Positions 9,522 through 18,104 of a stretch of 64,000 nucleotides of DNA are shown one piece after another. The notes under the pieces were generated by a model, which saw only the letters and a list, made by a program, of their open reading frames with translations, searched no databases and had not been told where the DNA came from. The stretch comes from a bacterium (GTDB lineage Bacteria; Cyanobacteriota; Vampirovibrionia; Obscuribacterales; JAKAZS01): the NCBI GenBank assembly GCA_021815785.1, contig JAKAZS010000002.1:248-64247 (forward strand). The letters are read 5' to 3'. Position 1 is the first letter of the stretch. Every line of letters starts with the position of its first letter. The translations under genes were made by a program, and so were the position numbers.

Positions 9522-10459
9522 AAGATAATTTAGTAGCCTTTTTTGAAGATAATTTTGTTGGCCTTAATGATGCCAAAGTAAGTATTATGTGTCATGCTTT
9601 TATGTATGGCACCGCAATTTTTGAAGGTATTCGGGGCTATTACAATTCCAGCCATGACACAGTTTATTTATTCAGGCTAAACGAACATATTCAACGACTG
9701 CTAGAAAATATAAAAATTTTAAGACTAGAAGTTAAATATACCCAAAATGATATTTATCAGTTAATTGTTGATTTAGTGAATAAAAATAACCCTAAAGAAG
9801 ATATATACATAAGGCCTAGCGTCTATAATAGTGCCAAAAAAATTGGCCCTGGCCTAGGCACCATTAATCCCAGTGATCTTAGTATTTTTATGATTCCTTT
9901 CGGTGACTATTTTAATGCAAATTCCGGCCTTAAAGTCCACGTATCTAGCTGGCGCCGTGTTGAGGATAACGCTATTCCCGCTCGGGGTAAAATCGTTGGT
10001 GCCTACGCTAATACAGCTCTAGCTAAAGGTGACGCTCAAGCCAGTGGGTTTGACGACTGTATCGTTTTAACTGAAAGTGGACATGTAAGCGAAGGATCGG
10101 CGATGAACATTTTCCTGGTTAAACATGGCAAACTCATAACCTCATCAATTACGGATAATATCCTTGAAGGTATAACTCGCGATACGGTCATAAAACTGGC
10201 CAAATCGGAATTAAATATTGAAACTATCGATAGAACAATTGACCGCAGTGAATTATATCTAGCTGACGAAATATTCTTTTGTGGAACTGGGGCTCAAATT
10301 ACCCCAGTATTAAATGTGGACAATCGCAAAATTGGCAATGAAAAAGTTGGTTTAATAACAGCCAGAATTCAAGAGCAATACCTTAAAACTTGTCGAGGCG
10401 AATTAAATAAATTTAAGGATTGGTTAACGCCTGTAAAATCAACAAGTCAAGTACATTAA
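9518..10459 (+). CDS. ilvE: Branched-chain amino acid aminotransferase (class IV)
   Basis: 'YGTAIFEGIRGY', 'IYIRP', 'GAYANTALAKGDA' and 'LEGITRDTV' are class IV aminotransferase motifs. TTG start with AGGAGA 7 nt upstream. Confidence 0.9.
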   Translation: MKDNLVAFFEDNFVGLNDAKVSIMCHAFMYGTAIFEGIRGYYNSSHDTVYLFRLNEHIQRLLENIKILRLEVKYTQNDIYQLIVDLVNKNNPKEDIYIRPSVYNSAKKIGPGLGTINPSDLSIFMIPFGDYFNANSGLKVHVSSWRRVEDNAIPARGKIVGAYANTALAKGDAQASGFDDCIVLTESGHVSEGSAMNIFLVKHGKLITSSITDNILEGITRDTVIKLAKSELNIETIDRTIDRSELYLADEIFFCGTGAQITPVLNVDNRKIGNEKVGLITARIQEQYLKTCRGELNKFKDWLTPVKSTSQVH

Positions 10460-10523
10460 ATTTTAGAACTTTTTTAAATAAATTTCGTTATATCAATTAG
10501 AACTTTTATGAGGACTAATTGAT

Positions 10524-12044
10524 ATGTACGTAAAAATTTTATCGGGGTGTTTAAATGGAATTGACGCCAATTTAATTGAAGTTGAAATCGATTGTAATAA
10601 TGGCATTGGTCAAATCCAAATAGTAGGCTTACCAGGAACTGCCATTCGGGAATCCCAAGAACGCGTTCGCTCAAGTATAAAATCCTGTGGCTTGCTTATT
10701 CCCCCAGGCAAAAAATGGATTATTAACCTAGCACCAGCCGACGTCCATAAAGATGGACCGGCTTACGACTTGCCTATTGCTGTAGGGATATTAGCTTCAA
10801 CCCAAATGCTTAATACGGCAAGATTAAATGATTTTTGGTTTGCCGGTGAATTAGGCTTGGATGGTAGTTTAAAACCAATTCCCGGAGTCTTACCCCTAGC
10901 CATAGCGTGTAAAAATTATGGGATAAAAAATCTCGTTGTACCGCATTGTGTAGCATCCGAAGCATCCTTTATTGAAGGTTTAAATGTTTATGGCCTTAAT
11001 CATTTGAATGATGTTTTACGCTTACTAAATAACCAAGATGAAATTGCCCCAATGGCCAAGTTTAATCAAGAACAATTTGGCTTAAACCTTGAAATTATTA
11101 ATGATGACTTAGACTTTAAACATATTAAAGGTCAAAATTATGCCAAACGAGCCATTGAAATTGCCGCTTGTGGCAAACATAATATATTACTGGTGGGTCC
11201 GCCTGGCTCTGGTAAATCAATGCTGGCACGGGCAATTACAACAATTATGCCACCACTAACCTATGCGGAAGCTATTGAATTAACTAAATTATATTCAGTA
11301 GCTAAATTGCTTTATAATCCCGGACAACTGGTTACGACTAGACCGTTGCGTCAACCTCATCATAGCTCATCAATAGCTGGATTAATTGGTGGGGGGGTAA
11401 GACCAAAGCCTGGAGAAATTTCGCTTGCCCATTTAGGCATATTATTCCTCGATGAATTTACCGAATTTTCCCGCACCATTTTAGACAATTTAAGACAACC
11501 AATGGAAACCAATAATATAATTATAACCAGAGCCAACCAGACCTTAACCTATCCAGCTAATTTCTTACTGGTGGCTGCTTGTAACCCTTGTCCTTGCGGG
11601 TTTAAAGGTGACTTAGTCCAATACTGTAATTGTAGTCCCCATTTAGCTCAAAAATACTGGTCCAGATTATCTGGCCCATTATTAGACCGCATTGATTTAC
11701 ACGTTAACGTTCCAAGGTTAAATGAACAAGAATTAGCCAGTGATGAGGTAGCTGAATCATCTGAATCCATTCGCCAAAGGGTATTAAAAGCCGTAAAACG
11801 TCAGCAAATGCGTCAAAACAATCAAGAATTTATTTATAACAGTCTGCTTAAAGGCAAACTGTTAAAAAAACACTGTAACTTAGATAAGCAAAGCCAACAA
11901 CTACTAGCTAAAGCCGTTAATAGTCTTGGCCTATCAGCCAGGTCCTTTGATCGAATTATTCGAGTCAGTAGAACCATAGCGGATTTAGATGAAATTGAGG
12001 ATATTCAATACAAACATATTGCTGAAGCACTAAGCTATCGCTAG
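10524..12044 (+). CDS. YifB/ComM family Mg-chelatase-like ATPase
   Basis: N-terminal Lon-like ChlI domain, Walker A 'GPPGSGKSM', 'GILFLDEFTEF', 'PCPCGF', and a C-terminal Mg_chelatase_C-like region. Confidence 0.9.
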   Translation: MYVKILSGCLNGIDANLIEVEIDCNNGIGQIQIVGLPGTAIRESQERVRSSIKSCGLLIPPGKKWIINLAPADVHKDGPAYDLPIAVGILASTQMLNTARLNDFWFAGELGLDGSLKPIPGVLPLAIACKNYGIKNLVVPHCVASEASFIEGLNVYGLNHLNDVLRLLNNQDEIAPMAKFNQEQFGLNLEIINDDLDFKHIKGQNYAKRAIEIAACGKHNILLVGPPGSGKSMLARAITTIMPPLTYAEAIELTKLYSVAKLLYNPGQLVTTRPLRQPHHSSSIAGLIGGGVRPKPGEISLAHLGILFLDEFTEFSRTILDNLRQPMETNNIIITRANQTLTYPANFLLVAACNPCPCGFKGDLVQYCNCSPHLAQKYWSRLSGPLLDRIDLHVNVPRLNEQELASDEVAESSESIRQRVLKAVKRQQMRQNNQEFIYNSLLKGKLLKKHCNLDKQSQQLLAKAVNSLGLSARSFDRIIRVSRTIADLDEIEDIQYKHIAEALSYR

Positions 12045-12065
12045 GATATAATGACGAACGTACAA

Positions 12066-13445
12066 TTAAACAAATCCGTTTTCACAAGCAAATTTAACAA
12101 GTGCAGTACGACTTTTAAGTAAGAGCTTTTTCTTGAGCCGTGAAGAATGTAATTCAATTGTTGATTCAGTTAAAAATAATTTTTGGGCAATTTCTTTATT
12201 GCCTAATCCTTGAGCTATTAAAGTTAATACTTCAATCTCTCGAACTGATAATGGTGTTTGATTACTAGTAACTAGCCTAGAGCTCGATCCTAAAGAATTA
12301 GGAAGTGGAACCTGACTAGTATTTATCGTATTTTGTAATGTTAGAATTAACGATTGGACTAACTCAATATTCAAAAGTTGATCTTTTAATAATTGATGTT
12401 CAAGGTAAAATTTATACAGCTGACAAAAATTATCTACGAGCACTTTTACAATTTTTTCTTTGGTTCGGTCTAACTGAATATCATTATTACAACCCATCAT
12501 TAAGATAATACCACTATTAATATTATTAATAATCAAAGGATAACCAATAAGTGATTTCACGTTAATATCCTGAAGATAAAGTTTAACATTGGGTGTTAAA
12601 TCATTAAACTGACTTTGCTGATTAAAAGCTTTATAGACATGACTAAACTGGTTAAACAAATCAGAAGGAATCCGGGTTGACTTTAACGCCATTAATTGCT
12701 TATTACTATTATTTTGGGAAATTTCATTTATTTCAAAAGGGCGTAACTTATCTAACCCAGCAATAAGCACTATGTCTTTATTAGTAATGATTCTTAAAGA
12801 ATTTAAAGTATGTTTAATCAACAAATTCACATCAAAACATTGGGCAGTTTTTACAACCAAATCAAAGGTTTTCCAATCAATTTTTTCATTATTAAAACCA
12901 TCAGTATTAAATAATTCATCTTGATATTTATTTAATTCATTGGTTAATATCTTACTAAGTATTTTTAATGAGGCTAATTTGTCTTTACAATCTGTGATAA
13001 AAAACAATATCCCTTCCAACCGCTCTTGTTTAAAAACCGGAAAAATTAAGACATTATCTTCATTACTAAGACAATTTAAAATACTTTGATAACTATCGCT
13101 TATATCATCAAACGATTTATTAATAATAAATGGTATTTTTAACTGGTCAAAATCATTTTGATTAAGTTTAATCAAATGACTAAACTTAATCATTGCTAAA
13201 TCACCATGATTTAACTTATAAACCAATTCAAAATGATTTAAAGAATTTTGAGTCTTATTCAAAAACAATAGACAGTGTTTAATATCTAATGAAATTATGA
13301 TTTCCTGTGAAATAAACTTTAAATAATCAAAATTTTCCTTAAAATTAAGTTTTGAAATATATAGGTTATTAAATACCGTTAAAACTTTATCCAGAATAAG
13401 CTCATTAACGACAAAATCGGTTTTTAACATGGTATTTTGACTCAA
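12066..13445 (-). CDS. LuxR-family transcriptional regulator with GAF-like N-terminal region
   Basis: C-terminal LuxR HTH 'LSVREIEVLTLIAQGLGNKEIAQKLFLTESTIELHSSRLKKKL'. The ~380 aa N-terminus has two GAF-like segments; the fold call is an inference. Confidence 0.7.
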   Translation of the reverse strand: MSQNTMLKTDFVVNELILDKVLTVFNNLYISKLNFKENFDYLKFISQEIIISLDIKHCLLFLNKTQNSLNHFELVYKLNHGDLAMIKFSHLIKLNQNDFDQLKIPFIINKSFDDISDSYQSILNCLSNEDNVLIFPVFKQERLEGILFFITDCKDKLASLKILSKILTNELNKYQDELFNTDGFNNEKIDWKTFDLVVKTAQCFDVNLLIKHTLNSLRIITNKDIVLIAGLDKLRPFEINEISQNNSNKQLMALKSTRIPSDLFNQFSHVYKAFNQQSQFNDLTPNVKLYLQDINVKSLIGYPLIINNINSGIILMMGCNNDIQLDRTKEKIVKVLVDNFCQLYKFYLEHQLLKDQLLNIELVQSLILTLQNTINTSQVPLPNSLGSSSRLVTSNQTPLSVREIEVLTLIAQGLGNKEIAQKLFLTESTIELHSSRLKKKLLLKSRTALVKFACENGFV

Positions 13446-13674
13446 ATCACTTATCGGACAGCCTATTAGTAATAAATTTTATAAATAAATTAGAAATTTA
13501 ATTTGCTTATTATAAATTTAAGTTATATTATAAGAATATAATGAAATTGTTTTAATTTGCACAAAAATTAATCTAAAATTTCATTAAATTTTAATATTTA
13601 TTTAAGTTAGTTAAAAAAATATTAATTTTATAGTATAATATACATATGTATGGGATTTGCAAGGTAAAAATCGC

Positions 13675-14229
13675 ATGGCTGAAAAATTAACCAAAAAAGC
13701 AAAATTAGAAAAAAAACTTGGCAAATCGGTCATTGATATTGCCTTAAAATTACCTACTTTAATGGATGATATTGATAAAATTGAAGAAGCCGGTATTAAA
13801 ATAAAATTTATCGATGGTCCTTGCAAAGCTTATTATGATAAACGCAAACGTACAATATTCATCGGTAAATGGTGCCCACGTAACTATAAATTAATTAGTA
13901 TTGCCCATGAATTTGTTCATGCAATATTAAACCCAACCCAAGATCCTGTTCCGGGTAAAACTGGACGTAAAGAATTTATTGAACGCTGTCTTGAAGAAGA
14001 AACCATGGCTATTATTCACGAAATTAATATTGTTAAAGAATTGGTAAAAGCCAATGTTAAGATTGATAATAACGAATTAGAATGGCTCAAACGCTATGAA
14101 AAAGGTGGTAAAAAAGCCGTTTATAATGCTTTAAAAACTACCATTACTTCGACCACTGGCGAAGATTATCCTGAATATTATGGCGGCTGGTATGATGAAT
14201 CAATACCGGCACGTAAACGATTACCTTAA
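13675..14229 (+). CDS. Small putative zinc metallopeptidase (HExxH)
   Basis: ORF 13657..14229. I prefer the ATG at 13675. It has a single 'IAHEFVHAIL' HExxH motif, with downstream Glu residues at 'EEETMAIIHE'. No family recognised. Confidence 0.45.
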   Translation: MAEKLTKKAKLEKKLGKSVIDIALKLPTLMDDIDKIEEAGIKIKFIDGPCKAYYDKRKRTIFIGKWCPRNYKLISIAHEFVHAILNPTQDPVPGKTGRKEFIERCLEEETMAIIHEINIVKELVKANVKIDNNELEWLKRYEKGGKKAVYNALKTTITSTTGEDYPEYYGGWYDESIPARKRLP

Positions 14230-14238
14230 AACTAAAGA

Positions 14239-15126
14239 TTAATTAATATCATAAAGATAATTGGGTAATTGATCATAAACATCAATTTCAAATGGCTCGC
14301 TATTCAAACTTACTGGTTCCGGAATTAGTTTAGCTAATTCATTAGCAATATTAACCGCATCGGGTAATTGCGAACTCAAATGGATGGTTTGGTAATTTAT
14401 CGGCAGATAATGCCCGTCAACAACCCTAATCTCACCTTTATTTATTAAATGATTGGCCTGACTGATTATTTCGGCAGCTGTTTTAAGTCTAGCCTTAGGA
14501 TGACTTTCAGGCAACAATACTAAATTTGCATCATACACTCGATCAATAATGACTTCCCCGGCAACGCGTATATCAGCTCTTTGGCCGGCGGTAACCAAAT
14601 TTTCTGAACTGGGCCCAATTAAGATTAACCACTTATCAAATTCAGCGACAGCCTTGGCGATAGCCGTGGTAATGCGTAAGTCATTAAGCATCTGACGATA
14701 CAAATAGCCAACCGGACGGACCTGCGTAATTTCTAATCCATTAGCTTTAGCCATACCATACAATGAACCAAGTTGAAATAAAATGTAAGATCTAATTTCA
14801 CTTATGGGTAAATTAATTTCACGATGGCCTAAACTTACCATATCGGGCAACCCAATTAATGCGCCTAAACTATGTCCATATTGCTTAACTTCATTTAGAC
14901 AAGTTTCAATTAGGACAGGATCGCCGGCATGCATACCACAGGCAATGTTAACTGAAGTCACATATGGCAATAAGGCTCGTTCACCATCGAGGCGAAAAGG
15001 TCCATAACCCTGGCCAGAATTAGTATTTAAATCCAGACCTAACGTATAACAATACTGGCTTCTTGTTTGATTGGCCGGGTTAGGCATTTTAGCTTTAATA
15101 TTAGGGGGATATTTGAACCGTTTCAT
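14239..15126 (-). CDS. LamB/YcsF (PxpA-like) family protein, divergent
   Basis: It has the family core 'TSVNIACGMHAGDP'. Positions I remember as conserved (DLGE, GAHP, KPHG, HGD) read NSGQ, GALI, RPVG and SSQ here. Confidence 0.65.
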   Translation of the reverse strand: MKRFKYPPNIKAKMPNPANQTRSQYCYTLGLDLNTNSGQGYGPFRLDGERALLPYVTSVNIACGMHAGDPVLIETCLNEVKQYGHSLGALIGLPDMVSLGHREINLPISEIRSYILFQLGSLYGMAKANGLEITQVRPVGYLYRQMLNDLRITTAIAKAVAEFDKWLILIGPSSENLVTAGQRADIRVAGEVIIDRVYDANLVLLPESHPKARLKTAAEIISQANHLINKGEIRVVDGHYLPINYQTIHLSSQLPDAVNIANELAKLIPEPVSLNSEPFEIDVYDQLPNYLYDIN

Positions 15127-15326
15127 AAATTTATCAATGTATAAGACTCAAACTATTAATTTTACTGCAACAAATTAAATTTTGCTTGCTTTATTTTAAA
15201 GTTTAATTATAAGTTAAACTAGACTCATTGCTTAATTAAGAAAAAAACGTCATAATAACATTAAAAGAATTTTAACCAACAACTATATAATCAACTGCTG
15301 TTTTTCATTATCTTAATTAACAAATT

Positions 15327-16478
15327 ATGAAATCTCCATTAAAAACAATTAAAAAACTAATGTTTTGGACAATTGTTCTGACAATTTATTTATTATCTGG
15401 GCGCAGTATAAATGCTCAGTTAAAATTTGGGAATTTTGACGAGAAACCAAGTTATTTAAGAAATGAAGGCTTAAAATCTTATTTTAAAGGTGACTTAGAT
15501 ACAGCCTTTACTTATTTCCAGCGCGCCATAAAACAATCAATTAAAGACTTTGGCGAAAATTCAATTTATACTGCTGATTTATATTTTGAATTAGCTGAAT
15601 TAGCGCTTAAATCAGGAAAATTTCAAAGCGCCGAAAATAACCTTAAAAACGCTGTGGAAATAAATCCCAACTCAATTACCTACCATTTAAAATTGGCCAA
15701 AGTCCTACAACTAAGACATAAACCCGAACAAGCCTTTAAAGAAATCAGCCAGGCTCTAGCCAAAAACAAGTCCTCACTTGAAGCTCATGCAGCAATGATT
15801 AATTTCTTAACTGAACAAGGTATGTCAGTTACTGCTAGCCAAGAAAGTATTGTGTATAATTATCTGAAAACCAAAAATTCAGATGAAAATATTTTAATCG
15901 GTGCCATTGTTCCAGTTAATACTCTTAATGATAATCCCCAAAAGATCAAAGCATCAAAACCAAGTCCATCAAACGATTCTAGCGCCGTTAAAGTAAACGA
16001 CCAAAACCCAAACCCCCTAACTAAATCAACAGCCAATCAAACTGAACCGAAAACTAAAGTCCAGCCTTCGGTTAAATCAGTGGAAAAGCCCAAATTAGAT
16101 GTACCAAAACAAAATACACCTGATAAATTAATTAAACCAGCCAAAAACATAAAAATAAATAACCAGTTAGCTAAAACTAATATCAAAACAAAACCCAAAT
16201 CCCCTAAACCAAAATCAGGACTGATACCACCTCCGCCACCAACCATACCAAGTGCACCACCAAATACACCCATTGTTCCAGCACCAAGTCAAAATATCAA
16301 ACTTGATACCAGAGTAAAAATAAAGCCATTGACTGATAATAATAAAACTAGCCCTGAGACTAAACCGGTCAAAACCACTACGCCAAAACCAGCCGCAACT
16401 GAGCCTAACAATGATAACAAAAGCAGTGATGACGCTGATTTTATGCTAGAATGGGGATCAGTCAAGAAGAAACATTAG
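15327..16478 (+). CDS. Secreted TPR protein with Pro/Lys-rich C-terminal half
   Basis: Signal-like N-terminus and TPR-like helices, followed by a low-complexity 'KPKSPKPKSGLIPPPPPTIPSAPPNTPIVPAP' region. Confidence 0.55.
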   Translation: MKSPLKTIKKLMFWTIVLTIYLLSGRSINAQLKFGNFDEKPSYLRNEGLKSYFKGDLDTAFTYFQRAIKQSIKDFGENSIYTADLYFELAELALKSGKFQSAENNLKNAVEINPNSITYHLKLAKVLQLRHKPEQAFKEISQALAKNKSSLEAHAAMINFLTEQGMSVTASQESIVYNYLKTKNSDENILIGAIVPVNTLNDNPQKIKASKPSPSNDSSAVKVNDQNPNPLTKSTANQTEPKTKVQPSVKSVEKPKLDVPKQNTPDKLIKPAKNIKINNQLAKTNIKTKPKSPKPKSGLIPPPPPTIPSAPPNTPIVPAPSQNIKLDTRVKIKPLTDNNKTSPETKPVKTTTPKPAATEPNNDNKSSDDADFMLEWGSVKKKH

Positions 16479-16482
16479 CAAA

Positions 16483-16959
16483 TCAATCCTGATTACCGCC
16501 CATATTTTTGGCTAAAGCCAGTTTTTGTGATTTGTTCAAGACCTGTCTAACATTTAAAAAATCAAGTAATATTAAATTATCCATTTGATTCTTGGTATTA
16601 ATTAAATCCTTAAAATCACTTTTGATATTTTCATTACTAGCCGTAATACTAAACATATCATGTTTAATTTTAGCCTTTTGTTCCGTATAATTTTTTTTCA
16701 GAACTAACATTTGCTGTAAATTCATTTCCCGACATTTAATAATCGTAGCTTTCTGTTCAGGTGATAAATTCAACTTACCCAAATCAATTTGCATCCGACT
16801 CAACAAATAATGTCCACTTAATACATCATTATTGGTTGAATTACGCTTAGCGGCAAAAGCAAAATTCACCAAGGAGTTTAAAGCCCAAATTAATATTAAT
16901 AATTGATAAAAGCCTTTATTTCGTATAAAGACGTTAAAATTTAAGCGCATAAAAACCAT
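16483..16959 (-). CDS. Periplasmic LTXXQ (Spy/CpxP-like) family protein
   Basis: Signal-like N-terminus, helical Lys/Gln-rich body, and LxxxQ-type motifs 'LNLSPEQKATI' and 'LNKSQKLAL'. It is the last gene of the sigma/anti-sigma operon. The start is uncertain (possibly Met4). Confidence 0.5.
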   Translation of the reverse strand: MVFMRLNFNVFIRNKGFYQLLILIWALNSLVNFAFAAKRNSTNNDVLSGHYLLSRMQIDLGKLNLSPEQKATIIKCREMNLQQMLVLKKNYTEQKAKIKHDMFSITASNENIKSDFKDLINTKNQMDNLILLDFLNVRQVLNKSQKLALAKNMGGNQD

Positions 16960-17410
16960 CCTTGTTTGTATCTATTCCAATTTGATCCATTATAAATTCA
17001 TCTTGATTCTGAATTGGCAAATCAATTTTTAAAAGTTTTTTATGTTCATTTTTTGGACTAGTTGTACTTTGTGAAACAAAATTATAATTAACCAAATTTG
17101 TCCGATAAATAATGCTCTGCATAACAAAGGCTAAAATTATACTTAAAAATATGATTGCAACCAATGGCTGGAAGTTATTACGATAATTAATTTTTGAAAA
17201 CTTAATTCGATTTAAAGAATGCCTTACATCAATAAATACAGATGGTGAGACTTCCTTAGTCAGCTGAATACAATCTTTTAGCGCCAACTCTTCCTGTTTA
17301 CATACTGAACAGGTTTTAAGATGAGTTTCAATTTTAAATTTAATGCGGTTATTGACATCACCATCAATATAGCTATTCAATTCTTTCATAATATTGGCAC
17401 AGTCTGACAT
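16934..17410 (-). CDS. Anti-sigma factor (zf-HC2 type), single-pass membrane protein
   Basis: N-terminal 'HLKTCSVCKQE' (H-x3-C-x2-C) and one TM helix ('LVAIIFLSIILAFVMQSII'). It lies immediately downstream of the ECF sigma gene. Confidence 0.65.
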   Translation of the reverse strand: MSDCANIMKELNSYIDGDVNNRIKFKIETHLKTCSVCKQEELALKDCIQLTKEVSPSVFIDVRHSLNRIKFSKINYRNNFQPLVAIIFLSIILAFVMQSIIYRTNLVNYNFVSQSTTSPKNEHKKLLKIDLPIQNQDEFIMDQIGIDTNKDGFYALKF

Positions 17411-17413
17411 AAG

Positions 17414-18061
17414 CTATCCCTCACCATAAGTAAAGTTGTATTTTTTAATTGATTCACGAATTTTATTGCGTCCATAACACAATCTTGATTTAATTGTCGT
17501 TATCTCAACGTTTAAAATTTTAGCTATCTCTTTATAGGTATACCCATCAATATCATGTAAAACGATAACCTGTTTATATTTTAAAGGTAAGCTTTTAATA
17601 ACATCTTGAACAATTTGAACTTTTTCGGCCTGTTCAACCGGGTTAACTTCATTATAGCTTAGCTGTTCAATATTCTGATTAAAGCCGATTTCATCAAATG
17701 AGATAATGCGCTGAGGTAATTTACGTTGTTTGTACCTTAGAAAATCGAAACAAACATTACGGGTAATACTAGTCATCCAAGGCAAAACAGCTTTTGTTGA
17801 TTTTAATTGATTTATGCCTTTAATTACTTTAATAAAAGTTTCCTGGAGAATTTCTTCAGCTTCATCCTTAAGTCCAACATGTTTTAAGACATAGCGCAGT
17901 AAATAATATTTATATTTTTGATAAAGCGAATCTAAATTTAAGGTATTAAAATCTAAATCTTTAATATCATCATTTTCTTTAGTAATCTGATTATTACTAA
18001 CTGCTAAATTATCATTTTCTTCAGTAATATTATTATTAACCGATTTCAAAATAGGCTCCAA
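17414..18061 (-). CDS. ECF-type RNA polymerase sigma factor
   Basis: Sigma-70 region 2 ('AEEILQETFIKV', 'WMTSITRNVCFDFLR') and region 4 ('DIDGYTYKEIAKILNVEITTIKSRLCYGRNKIR'). TTG start. Confidence 0.8.
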   Translation of the reverse strand: MEPILKSVNNNITEENDNLAVSNNQITKENDDIKDLDFNTLNLDSLYQKYKYYLLRYVLKHVGLKDEAEEILQETFIKVIKGINQLKSTKAVLPWMTSITRNVCFDFLRYKQRKLPQRIISFDEIGFNQNIEQLSYNEVNPVEQAEKVQIVQDVIKSLPLKYKQVIVLHDIDGYTYKEIAKILNVEITTIKSRLCYGRNKIRESIKKYNFTYGEG

Positions 18062-18104
18062 AAAATACTAAATTAAATAAGCAAATTAGTTTTAAACCAA
18101 TTGT

